Assembly (NCBI RefSeq): GCF_000143415.4
Contig: NW_003314324.1
Location: 943,379 to 1,007,378, forward strand
Direction: 5' to 3'
DNA length: 64,000 bases
Source of the DNA: Selaginella moellendorffii
Taxonomy: Eukaryota > Plantae > Lycopodiophyta
A program made the translations under genes and the position numbers. Each line of letters opens with the position of its first letter. Position 1 is the first letter of the stretch. Below are positions 53,231-64,000 of this stretch, piece by piece. The notes beneath the pieces were generated by a model. It was not told the origin of the DNA, made no database searches, and saw only the letters and a program-made list of their open reading frames with translations.

Positions 53231-55779
53231 CACTCCGCCGGCACGAAATTTCTGGAAATTTCCGCTCACACCTGCGAAATCTCTCACAGATGCACGCGCC
53301 AGGCGCCAGAATATCACTGCACACGCCCGGATCGACAGCAAAACGATCGATAACGGGCAATGCTGGAAGAATCAGGGCAAAGAAAGATCGATCTAAAGCT
53401 ATAGTATCAAGAACCCTAAAAACACGACGATCGTGGAATGGTGTATAGAAGTAGCAGCAGTGGCTAGCTAACAGCTTCAGCCGACAACAATTTCCTTTCC
53501 ATCTATCTTTCGTTCTTTTTTTACTGTGCGTGCTGGTTAGCCGTTAGAGGACAATGCTGCGGTAACTTTCTCTTTTCCCTCTCCAGTGACGGGTAGTTAG
53601 CCGTTGCGAGGGCGTGCGATACGACAATGAAGAAAATGTTTTGACCGGCAGATCCATCCGGGGTTAAACTTTATTTGGCGATTGACTTTGGGTAAAATAG
53701 ACAAGTCTGGAGAACTTATGGTGACCACGACGAAAGAAGGAAACTGTTGCATTTGCTAGCCATGTGAGGGGTTCCAGGTATCGCATGTGCCGGGCGCCAA
53801 TAAAATAGAATATCTCAGTGATGACTGGTGAATCTAAGTGCGGATATTCTTTATTTTGTAAACAGTATAATATTTTGCTTTAATTGGTTAATTTAATATT
53901 ATGCAAATAATTAAAAATCAAAGTTGTGAATATACAATTAACCCAAAAACGTTAGCTTATATATAGAAGCGAGTGGTCCAGATTGCAACCAATCAAATAA
54001 CTATTAAAATCCTATAACAGTATATAGCATTACTCACCATCCTCTTCTTTAAGAAGGATAAAAAGTAATTAAAATTCTTTGATTGATGGGATTTAAAGGA
54101 ACATTAAGAGGAAGTATTGATAGTGCTATTTATTTTTTATCCCTTTGTATGAAGTGTTTTAGTTATTGTATATATACAATTTTTGGAGGATTGTTATGTT
54201 AAATGTTTTGTTGAACCTTATAAACTTCTGGTACAACTTGCTACAACACTTAATAAAGTCCCTTTCATTAAGCAAAGAACCTTTTTTATAAATTGATTAG
54301 GAAAATAAACTAACACTAGATTATCTATTTTATACTTTACATGTGGATGATAATAAGAGTTGTAATGTCATTGTTGTTCCACTTGTATGCAACTAAAATG
54401 TTACCTCCCGTTAAACACCATCCTAATTCACTCTCTCTCTCTACTTACTTGGCAGTGATGTGGCATCATGCCTTCTTTTTATTTTTTCTCTAGCGCACTC
54501 CTCCCATCTATCACTACTATGCATTCTTGCCCGTGGCTCCTGCCCACCCACTCGCCTTCATGGCTCCTACTTGCACTCCCACCCCACATGTCTGCCCGTG
54601 CCCAGCATGTGCCCTAATTATTTCCACGTGGCCACAGCCCTAATACTTAGCCAAATTTCAATCAACACGCCCTCTTCCAATTGCCCCATAATTGACCTAA
54701 AAAACCTTCTTCCATGTGGTTAGTTGCCCTATCATTGATCTAAAAATATTTCTATTTCTTCTATGATCAAGCATGGTGGCAGCACATCAATTTTTAGAGG
54801 TAAGCAATCAATTCAACTTCATATTGATTCAAGAAAATCATTTAGGATCCCCCATAACTTGATAAGATGCAAGAATTCCATGAAAAGGATTATTGTTGTG
54901 TAGATGATTTAGATTGGAATTTGTCTAAATCATATGAAACTATAGCTCCTATTGTATATATATTACACAAGGATGTGAATAAGTTTCTACATGGTGAGAG
55001 GAGAAGGGGTGATGGAATGGATTTTCGGCGATTTTCAAACAAAAATTGTGATCTTGGAGATTTGAAACGACCCAAAAACACAAGATTTTTATTATTCATT
55101 AGGCATACTTTTTTAATAAAATATAATTACTAACTTTTTGATATAGATATCGGTGTGAATATCAAAAATAAGATGCTCGTGAAACATCCTCTATAGTTGC
55201 TAAATCTATACCAAAGTCAAAACATAGAAGTAAACCAAATCAAAGTTCTAGTAAGTGTGTAATTTTTTGGTCAAACAATTTTACAAATGGCCTAATTATG
55301 TGTTTAATTGTAGTAATTGCAGGTGATGCTAAGTCAAACTTTTGACCTTATCCTTGATATAGATTGATTGCAACACAATCATGTCTAACCTTATCCTTGG
55401 TATAGATTGGTTGCAATGCAATCATGCCAAATGTAACTTTGAAGCTTTTCCCCCTTATTTCATACTTCTTTATATTTTCCCCGGATAGAAAAAAGAGTAG
55501 CATAGTTTCACAGACAGGGTCACATGTGACTTTGTATTATTATAGAGAGCATTGTGATAAGAATGGAATTCTTTGTCATGGTCAACTTAACCTGATTGGA
55601 GCAAAGTCATTATTTCCTTAAAAGCTTTCAGCAGATATTCGATATTAGATGATTTATATGATCCACCAAGATTTCACATCAAATCAAATTTATAATGAGC
55701 ATTATAGATTGTGAGAAGGAACAAGTCAGCTAGTGAACCTCCTTGTCGAGATGATTTTCTAACTATGTAGAATATTAAC

Positions 55780-57000
55780 AATCTACATAGAAAGTATTTG
55801 CTTTCAACTTATCAATTATATGAGAATGATGTCCAAAGTGTACATATTTAGAAAAACACAAATCCTGATAAAGTATTTTTTTATCATGAAAGTGATCAAG
55901 GTAAAGATTGTTATAGTATTGAGATTCAAACAACTTGGCAACTGCAAAAGATGATAGACTTTGCAAATAATACTTTGTTCAGTTTTGATGCAACTTTTAG
56001 AACTAATTGCTACAAAGTAAAATTTTATTTATTTTTAAGTGAATAATATTTCATAATTTATAATTCCCATTATATATCATGCTTATTTTTCATTATCATG
56101 GAAATAATATTCCAATTGCATGGGTTTTAACTTTTAATGAGAAAGGAGAACATATGAAGGATTGGATAATAGCTTCAAAAAAATAATATTTATTAGAAAT
56201 TTCAGATTGGAAACCATATATGATAGTGATTAATGATGCTGAAGTAGATATTAATGCTATAAAGTAATTAATTTGATATAATATAATATAATTTTTTTCT
56301 TTTATATAGAGCTATATTTTATTGTCAAATTCTATTATGTATTTGGCATGTAAGGAGGAATTGGCTCAAACTTGTTTTTTGTAATGTGAAATCTTGGGAT
56401 AGTATGATGAAAATATGGAAACTTCTCAAAGATATTATGTATTATTTAATTTATGCAACTTTTCATGATGATAATATTATGCGAGCTGAGATTAAACAAC
56501 TTATCAAACATTTTGAGGTGGATTTTCAAAATGAAGTAGCCTTTATCAAGTATTTTTAAAATGAATGGAAGGACAAAGTTAGTAAGTGAATCAATATTTT
56601 GATTTTTATAATTTATTTTGATTCATATTTGATAAATATGTGGGTTGTTGCTAAAAATTTCTCTCATACTAACAAAGCAACAAATAGTTTGATTGAGGCA
56701 TTCCATGCAAATATAAAAGTTATACTCTCATTCGAAAAAAAATATGCTTGCAATCAAAAGACAAATTGGGTAGGTATTAGTTTACTAGGTATTGCAAAGA
56801 TCATGGTTTTATTCGAAACCATGCATACGAAAAACTAATTGATGGTGCAATTGTTAAAACAAAAATTATTAACGACTCTCCAGTAAAATTTGATAAAGAC
56901 AATACTCACAAATTTTGTGTATAATCCTCTTCAGATTCAACTATATAGTATCTTGTTGTTAGAGATGAAAGACACAGTGATTGAACTTTTTCTTCTCTGT
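55780..57000 (+). pseudogene. Degenerate Mutator-like (MULE) DDE transposase
   Basis: In very AT-rich DNA: FDATFRTN (first D, 55987), IVINDAEVDINAI (second-D region), ILLCIWHVRRNW (CxxH, 56338) and TNSLIEAFHANIK (E, 56695). Stops and frameshifts throughout; no TIRs identified. Confidence 0.7.
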
Positions 57001-57607
57001 AGGCAAGCAAAGGAAAGTTTTGCAAGTCTCAAGCAAAAGTTATTATGTTAAAATAAGGAGAGAAAATCAATTACACTACAATTAGTTATGAGGTTCAATC
57101 ATCACAATTGTATTCAATTTTAGAACTTAGGTCAAATGACTTATTTTATCATCATCAAGATTTTAAAGCACAATTATTACATAAGTAATTCACTTATTAA
57201 TTAAAATTTTGAAATACTTATAAAAATTTGAGCAAGCAATTATCTATCAAAATGTTTATTATGAGCAAGAAATTCAATTGGAGACTATATTAGAGGTAAA
57301 CTAGCATATTTGATATACTAAAATATATGAATATTGAACAGGAAGATATCCATCAAAATCTATAGTATCAACAAGAAACTCAACTAAGGACTACTATAGA
57401 GGTAATTTACACTAAACAAATTTTAGATATTGATATAAAATTTAAGCAGGAAGATATCACTCCATCAAAAGTTATAAAAACGATATTATAGCAAACGATG
57501 ATAGATATCTTACAAAATCTTCTTGATGAAGAAACTTTTTTATCTATGATTAACAATGATTTAGAAATGATACAAGAGAAGATTGCAACCTTTATAGCTA
57601 AACTTCA

Positions 57608-57765
57608 TGTTATAAGGTCCTAGATTTAGACTTCCTAGGAAGTCACCCAACCCAATACTATTTAAACCTTCTCAATTTGGACTTTCCAGGCAAACCCAAG
57701 GACACTTAACCCCAAGTATCCCAAAACCCTTAACCGATTGGAAAAGGGGTTGCACTCTTATTCAT
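57608..57765. repeat. Left part of an older LTR-like repeat interrupted by copy 2 (continues from 63650)
   Basis: Abrupt GC increase starting at TGTTATAAGG. A ~45-bp unit (CCCTTAACC.ATTGGAAAAGGGG.TGCACT.TTATTCAT) lies on both sides of copy 2 (57727-57765 and 63658-63697). Confidence 0.5.
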
Positions 57766-58178
57766 TGTCAGGAATCCCCCAATTCTTGCCACATTCCTGA
57801 CTCTCACCGGATTCCTGACCTGCAGACTACATTCCTTACTCTCGAAACACTTCCCTATTCCTGACTCTCGAAACACTTCCCTATTCCTGACTCTCGAAAC
57901 ACTTCCCTATTCCTGACTTTCTGATTTCCTGTATGATTCCTGAGTCTTGAGCCACATTCCTGATGATGATGTGGCGCCTCCTCGACCTCAGCTATATTTA
58001 GGCCGTCTTCAATCCAAGAGTGGTGGAGCTTCATCAACCTATAGTATATATAGGTTAGCCTTGTTTCATTTCTCCACAATCTGAATCAACGCTAGTTTAA
58101 GGCTTTTTCTTTGTTTCCACTAGCTTTTCTCTTTGTCTTTTGTATTTTCCAATCTTGATCTTGTTAGGGGTCTTGACA
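57766..58178 (+). repeat. 5' LTR of copy 2
   Basis: TGTCAGGAATCCCC...GGGGTCTTGACA; TATATATA at 58045-58052. Confidence 0.95.
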
Positions 58179-58275
58179 GTTTGATTCAGATTATGTTTTT
58201 TCATTTTTTGCTTTAGCTCATTTTGATTGTTTGACTACCTTTGCCTTTTTTCCCCCTTTTTCTTTCTTCTTGCCG

Positions 58276-61200
58276 ATGGAGTCTCCAAGCCATCCTAATT
58301 TCTTTGCCGAAGTCCTTGCAAAAATCCAATCTGAGAATACTGAGCTGAAGGCAACCCTTCTTTGCATGCAGCAGAAGCTTGCTTCACTTTCGGCTCAAGG
58401 ATCCAGCAAAGTTCCTAAACCGAAGGTGAGTTTCCCGATGAAATTTTCAGGCAAGTGTTCGGAGCTTTGCGGATTCTTGAACCAGATGGAGCTAATCTTC
58501 ACACTTCAACATCAGCGGTACCCCACTCTCGAGTCTCAAATCGGCATGATTGGGACATTGCTCGAAGGTGCAGCTTTGTAATGGTTTTCTCCTCTTTTGG
58601 AGAAGAGCATAAAAAGGGTCGTGGTTCCAGAGCTGATGGATCTTCAATTGTTCAAAGAGAAGCTCGAAGCATGTTTTGGCGAGACAGATCGGGCTACTAC
58701 CACAAAGATGAGACGTCTCTCTCAGGGGTCTCATCCTGCCTCGATCTACGCTGCAGAGTTCCAACTCCTTGCCTTGGACACTTAGTGGGATGAGTGGGCC
58801 TTGATTAACCAATTTCGTTTCGACCTCAACAATGGTGTCAAGGATTTGTTGCTCACTATGGAGGATCCCAAGGACCTATCAGACGCCATCAACAAAGCTG
58901 TTCGATGTGACAATCATCTCTTTGAACGTTGTCAGGAAAGTCGCCACATGCTTTATTTCGTTAAAGTGGAACTTTTCATTATCCCACTTATGGTGTGTGG
59001 CCACATGCCATTTTTATAACAACAATAAAAAATTAAAGTTTTAGCTTTATAATTTATAAATTAAAAACTTTTCATATGATTTTGTGTTATAATATTGTGA
59101 AATATAAAAAATAAATTAAAAAACTGATAGAAATATTAATAAATATTAATTAAGTACTAGGAAGTGGCATGTGGACACATGCTAATTAATGTCCCACTTT
59201 ACTGAATAAGTTCCACTTTAACGAAATAAAGCATCCACGCCGCTGTTTTTCCGTCCCAAACTCAGGAATCCCAGCTTGAGTCTTCGGGGCATACTCCTGA
59301 ACCTACTACTCTGGTCCCGATGGATATTTCTGGTACTCCCTGACTCATTAGAAGGAAGTTGAGTCCTGCTGAGAAGCAATGTCGAATATTTCATAATCTT
59401 TGCCTCTACTATGCTGATCCTAATCACAAAGCAGCTATGTGTCCCAAGAAGCCTCCCCGACTGCTTGAGTTCACTCTGCCTCAAAGTTCACCTCTGTTGC
59501 AGTCAGGAAACGACCCTGTCCAAACAGAGTAGAAACTGTCTGTTTAAACTCCCCGAATAAAAATCACTTTTCTTCTTTATCAAGCTCCTCACCACCTTTC
59601 ATCAAAGCCACCACCAATTCCCGCAACTTCCGCGTCCCATGTCTCCTTTCTTTCACCGGACAATCAGGACTCAAGGCTCTGGTGCTATTGGACTCAGGTG
59701 CAACTTCCTGCTTCATGGACACGGACTTTGCTGCCCGACATCACGTTCCTCTTTCTACTACCATACGGGATTTGAGGGTTAAAGGCATCGGTGGGCATTT
59801 TGTGTTTCCATCTTCTGGACTTAGGGAAACATTGCCCGTTCGAGTACACATCGGGTCCACCATCACTAGTATCGCCTTCAACATCATCAACAGCAAGTCC
59901 TCCTTTATGGTGCTTGGTCTTCCTTGGTTCCAACTACATCAGCCTTAAATCTATTAGAAGGAATTACAACTCATCTCTCCCATATCACCATCTCCCACGG
60001 CTTCCCCTATTGTTCATCGAGTCCAAATCAGGAAAAGTTCCCTAAACTCAAATTGGGGTTCTGTTCCTGACTCTACGAAGTTTTCACCCTCTTCTTTTTC
60101 CTCTCTTCCATCTTACACTGGACAGTATCCTCATCTCATCATTTCATTTAGTCGTACGCCTCCTCCTATCTCCACAATAACTATGAAAGAACTCCTTCAT
60201 GAAGAACCTATTTTCCTTTTTGCTTTGCATGTTTCTTCTGTTAGTCTTCCTGAGAAGTATCATTATTTTGGGGATATGTTTGACAATAAAAAAGCTAGTG
60301 TACTACCTATTCATTGGCCTTATAACTATCCCATTGATTTATAGGAAGGAGCATCACCTCCGTGGGGGCCTATCTATGAATTATCCCTGTCCAAGCTTAA
60401 GGCCCTCAAAGAGTATGTGGATGAGAACCTTGCCTCGGGGTACATTCAGCATTCGCAGTCCTCGGCTGGAGTGCCTGTCTTCTTTGTCAAGAAGAAGGAT
60501 GGGAGTTTGCGGCTAGTCATCGACTACCGAGGTTTGAACAAGGTGACTATTTGAAATTGTTATCCACTGCCCCTGATCTTAGACCTGTTGGAACGCCTCG
60601 GCGGTGCCCGCTTCTTCACCAAGATTGACCTTTGTGGAGCATACAGCTTGATCCAGATCCGGCCTAGTGATGAATGGAAGACTGCGTTCTGAACCCGCTA
60701 TAGCCACTTCGAGTACACTGTCATGCCATTTGGCTTGACAAATGCTCCAGCAATTTTCCAACACATAGTGAATGACGTCTTTCGGGAGTTCTTGATCAGA
60801 TGGTTATGGTCTACCTCGATGACATCCTCATCTACTAAAAAAATCAAGAGGAGCATGATGAACATGTACGCAAGGTGCTGGCGAAGCTGCAAGAACACGG
60901 CCTATACGCGAAGCTTGAAAAATGTTCCTTCGATCAGCAGTCTGTGGAGTTCCTTGGGTACATTGTCACTCCTGAGGGTATCACAATGGATCCTACCAAA
61001 GTCAAGACTATTCTCGAATGGGAGCCTCCACAATCAATGTCGGATGTTCAGGTTTTCCTTGGCTTCGCCAACTTCTACCGCAAATTCATTGCTCACTACT
61101 CTAATATTGTCCTTCCTCTCACGCTTCTCACTCGCAAGGATGTTCCCTTCTTTTGGTCTATTGCTGCCCAGTAGGCCTTTGACACACTCAAAGCAGCCTT

Positions 61201-63278
61201 CAGTTCTACTCCCGTTTTGATCCATGCTGATTCCTCACAACCTTTCTTCATCAAGGCTAACACCTCCGACTTTGCCATCGGTGCTGTGTTGTCTCAACTT
61301 GGAGCAGATCAAGAACTTCATCTGGTTGCTTTCCATTCTCGAAAATTCCAGCCTGCGAAAATCAATTATGAAATCCACGACAAGGAGCTCCTTGCCATCA
61401 TGGATTCCTTTGGAGAGTGGTGCCATTTCTTGGAGGGGGGGGGGCCATCAAACAACAGTCTAGACGGATCACAAAATTCTTGAGTACTTTTCCACTTCCC
61501 GAGTTTTGAGCCATTGTCAAGCAAGGTGGGCACAATCCCTGAGTCAGTTTGACTTTGTTATCAAGTACAGACCTGGAAAGCTTCAAGGCCCTCCTGATGC
61601 TCTTTCAAGGCGCTCCTATCTCAGTCTCAGGCCTGGGAATCCTGCCTTCGATCAACAGGATCAAGTTATCCTCAGTCCTGATCGGCTTCAAGTTATGGCA
61701 ATTTCCCTGGCCCCTCAAGACTCCTCCTTGATGGATGCAATCAGAAACGATCTTCAATCTGATGATTTCGCCAGCAACATTTTCCCCCATCTTCAAGCTG
61801 GACACCCAGTGACTCCCGACTGCCGGCGATTTGATGAGTTCAAGTTCTTAGATGGCTTATTGTACCGTGGGGAGCAGCTTTACGTTCTTGAAGGTGATGC
61901 TCAAAGGTTGGTCTTGATAGCATGCCACAATAGCCCGACTGCTAGTCATTTCAGCATTGCAAAAACCTATGAGCTAGTTGCACTGGACTTTTGGTGGCCT
62001 CACATGGACGACTACATCAAAGCTTTTGTTACCTCCTGTGACACTTGCACCCAGAATAAGGTACCTCGCCACCTTCTTTCAGGTTTGCTTCATTCCCTCC
62101 CGGTCCCTTCAGGTCCTTGGGAATCCATCTCCATGGATTTCTTGAGTGATCTTCTGAGTTCTAGAGGCTTCAACAGCATTTTAGTTGTGGTGGATCGCTT
62201 CACAAAGATGGCGCACTTCTTGCTGTGTACCAAGGAGTTTTCGGGTGAGGACATGGCAAAATTGGTATTCAGGGAAATTTTCCGACTTCATGGGATTCCT
62301 ACAGATGTGGTTTCAGATTAGGGGCCTCAGTTCATCTCTCATTTCTAGCAATGGTTTTTGCAGCTGCTTGGAGTGAAGGCCAACCTCTCTTCGGCATATC
62401 ATCCTCAAACTAATGGACAGTCCGAGCGAACGATTCAGATGTTGGAACAATTCTTGAGATGCTTCATCAACTATCATCAGGATAACTGGTTCAATATCTT
62501 TCCCCTTGTTAAGTTCTTCTATAACAACTCTGTTCACTCCTCTCTTAGAATTTCCCCCTTCTTTGCGAACTCTAGCCGAAATCCCCGATTCAATCTCTCA
62601 CTTCCTTCTCCATCTGAATCTTCTCGTTCAAATCCCTACTCTGAGGCATTTGTCTCCAACCTCTAGGAAATCCACAACTCCATCTCCTTGCACCTCCATA
62701 GTGCTCAAGAATCTCACAAAACATTTGCCAATGTCCATCGTCAGGATTGTCCCCCTTACAATATCGGGGATAAAGTCTGGCTCCTCAGGTGAAATATCTC
62801 CACCACCAGGCCCTGTCCAAAACTCGATTTCAAACGCCTCAATCCTTTCCCTATCATTGCCATCATTAATCCTGTCACTATTCACCTTGCACTTCCTTCC
62901 TCATATCAAATTCACCCTGTTTTTCACTCCTCTCTCCTTAAGCCTTATATTCCCAGTCCTATTCCAAATCGGGTCATTCCTCCGCCTCCACCAGTGCAGC
63001 TCAAGGATGGGTCTGAGTACGAGGTTCAAGACATCCTTGATTCCAAGATTTCACGGTCTAAACTCTACTATCTAGTCGACTGGAAGGGTTACGGACCTGA
63101 GGAACGCACTTGGGAACCTGCGGACAACCTGATTCATTCTCCTGACCTTGTTCAGGACTTCCACCGCTGCTATCCTTCACGTCCCAGTCCTCATTCTTTT
63201 TCTCCATCTCCCATCCCTCGCCGCTCATCTCATCCTCCTCTTCATTCTCGTTCACATCCTCGTTCCACTCATTCTTGA
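58276..63278 (+). pseudogene. gag-pol pseudogene of copy 2
   Basis: Fragments match copy 1 Gag, PR (LLDSGAT), RT, RH, INT and chromodomain; many C>T and G>A changes. Confidence 0.93.
58948..59234. mobile_element. 287-bp MITE inserted in gag of copy 2
   Basis: Perfect 27-bp TIRs ATGCTTTATTTCGTTAAAGTGGAACTT (58948-58974 and 59208-59234). CCAC duplicated at 58944-58947 and 59235-59238. Absent from copy 1. Confidence 0.93.
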
Positions 63279-63289
63279 GGAGGGGGTGT

Positions 63290-63649
63290 TGTCAGGAATC
63301 CCCCAATTCTTGCCACATTCCTGACTCTTGCCAGATTCCTGACCTACAGACCACATTCCTGACTCTCGAAACACTTCCCTATTCCTGACTCTCTGATTTC
63401 CTGTACGATTCCTGAGTCTCGAGCCACATTCTTGATGATGATGTGGGGCCTCCTCAACCTCAGCTATATTTAGGCCATCTTCGATCCAAGAGTGGTGGAG
63501 CTTCATCAACCTATAGTATATATAGGTTAGCTTTGTTCCATTTCTCCACAATCTGAATCAACGCCAGTCTAAGGCCTCTTTTTTGTTTCCACTAGCTTTT
63601 CTCTTTGTCTTTTACATTTTTCAGTCTTGATCTTGTTGGGGTCTTGACA
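63290..63649 (+). repeat. 3' LTR of copy 2 (360 bp)
   Basis: Follows PPT GAGGAGGGGG; has two fewer 26-bp units than its 5' LTR. Confidence 0.95.
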
Positions 63650-63845
63650 TTCATGAGCCCTTTAACCAATTGGAAAAGGGGGTGCACTTTTATTCATGGC
63701 CCTTTTCTTCTATATTTGAACATCATGGATCATTTCTTAAGTTGCTTTGTTTGGTTTTTTACAATTTATCACACTTCCCTGCAAATTCATGCCCTCATGA
63801 ACGGAAGTTGAGAGCCGCAACTCTCCCGAGAGCCCCACTCTCTTG

Positions 63846-64000
63846 ACACCCTACCCCTCGGGTCGAGCTTAGTGGGAGCAAATTAAACTAGCCAGATGTC
63901 AATCAACATGTGTTGTGATTTCTTTAGCCAACTAACACACCCTACCCCTCGGGTCGAGCCCAGTGGGAGCAAATTGAACTAGCCAGATGTCAATCAACAT
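63846..64000. repeat. 91-bp tandem repeat, running off the window
   Basis: ACACCCTACCCCTCGGGTCGAGC...AGATGTCAATCAACAT starts at 63846 and again at 63937. Confidence 0.85.

Larger units (their letters stand above)
57766..63649 (+). mobile_element. Full-length but decayed chromovirus, copy 2 (same family as copy 1)
   Basis: LTRs 57766-58178 and 63290-63649; TSD TTCAT at 57761-57765 and 63650-63654; colinear with copy 1; many stops and frameshifts. Confidence 0.96.

Overview
Eukaryotic nuclear DNA from a compact land-plant genome. Short ~50-60 nt introns, high gene density, a TTC29-like flagellar gene, an SS-rich PPR gene and Tcn1-like chromoviruses point to a flagellate-sperm, non-seed plant, most likely the lycophyte Selaginella (inference). 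A ~44 kb gene-dense block (9.3-53.2 kb) holds about 22 protein genes and one divergent tRNA-Ala: RR-TZF, beta-expansin, HAD hydrolase, CIA30, PRP39, TTC29-like, nsLTP, PLS-PPR, DUF1685, TRB/SMH, YqaJ nuclease, AVT1, SKIP14-like F-box, PLR1, OB-fold, GXM/DUF579, DExH6, PSA3, TRM4/NSUN2, GH9C and two atypical Dof-like zinc-finger genes. Two full-length, oppositely oriented copies of one Ty3/gypsy chromovirus family bracket this block (104-5806 minus; 57766-63649 plus), each with an intact 5-bp TSD and each apparently inserted into older repeats. The best second-look items are: (1) a tRNA-independent self-priming PBS and a canonical -1 frameshift cassette in the chromovirus; (2) two non-canonical CX2CX20CX2C Dof-like genes; (3) candidate poison exons in PRP39; (4) a candidate non-AUG uORF before the F-box gene; (5) a compensated-variant tRNA-Ala just 3' of the expansin gene; (6) a U12-type intron; (7) a MITE with a 4-bp TSD. 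Exon boundaries were read by eye, and gene names rest on recalled motifs, not database searches.
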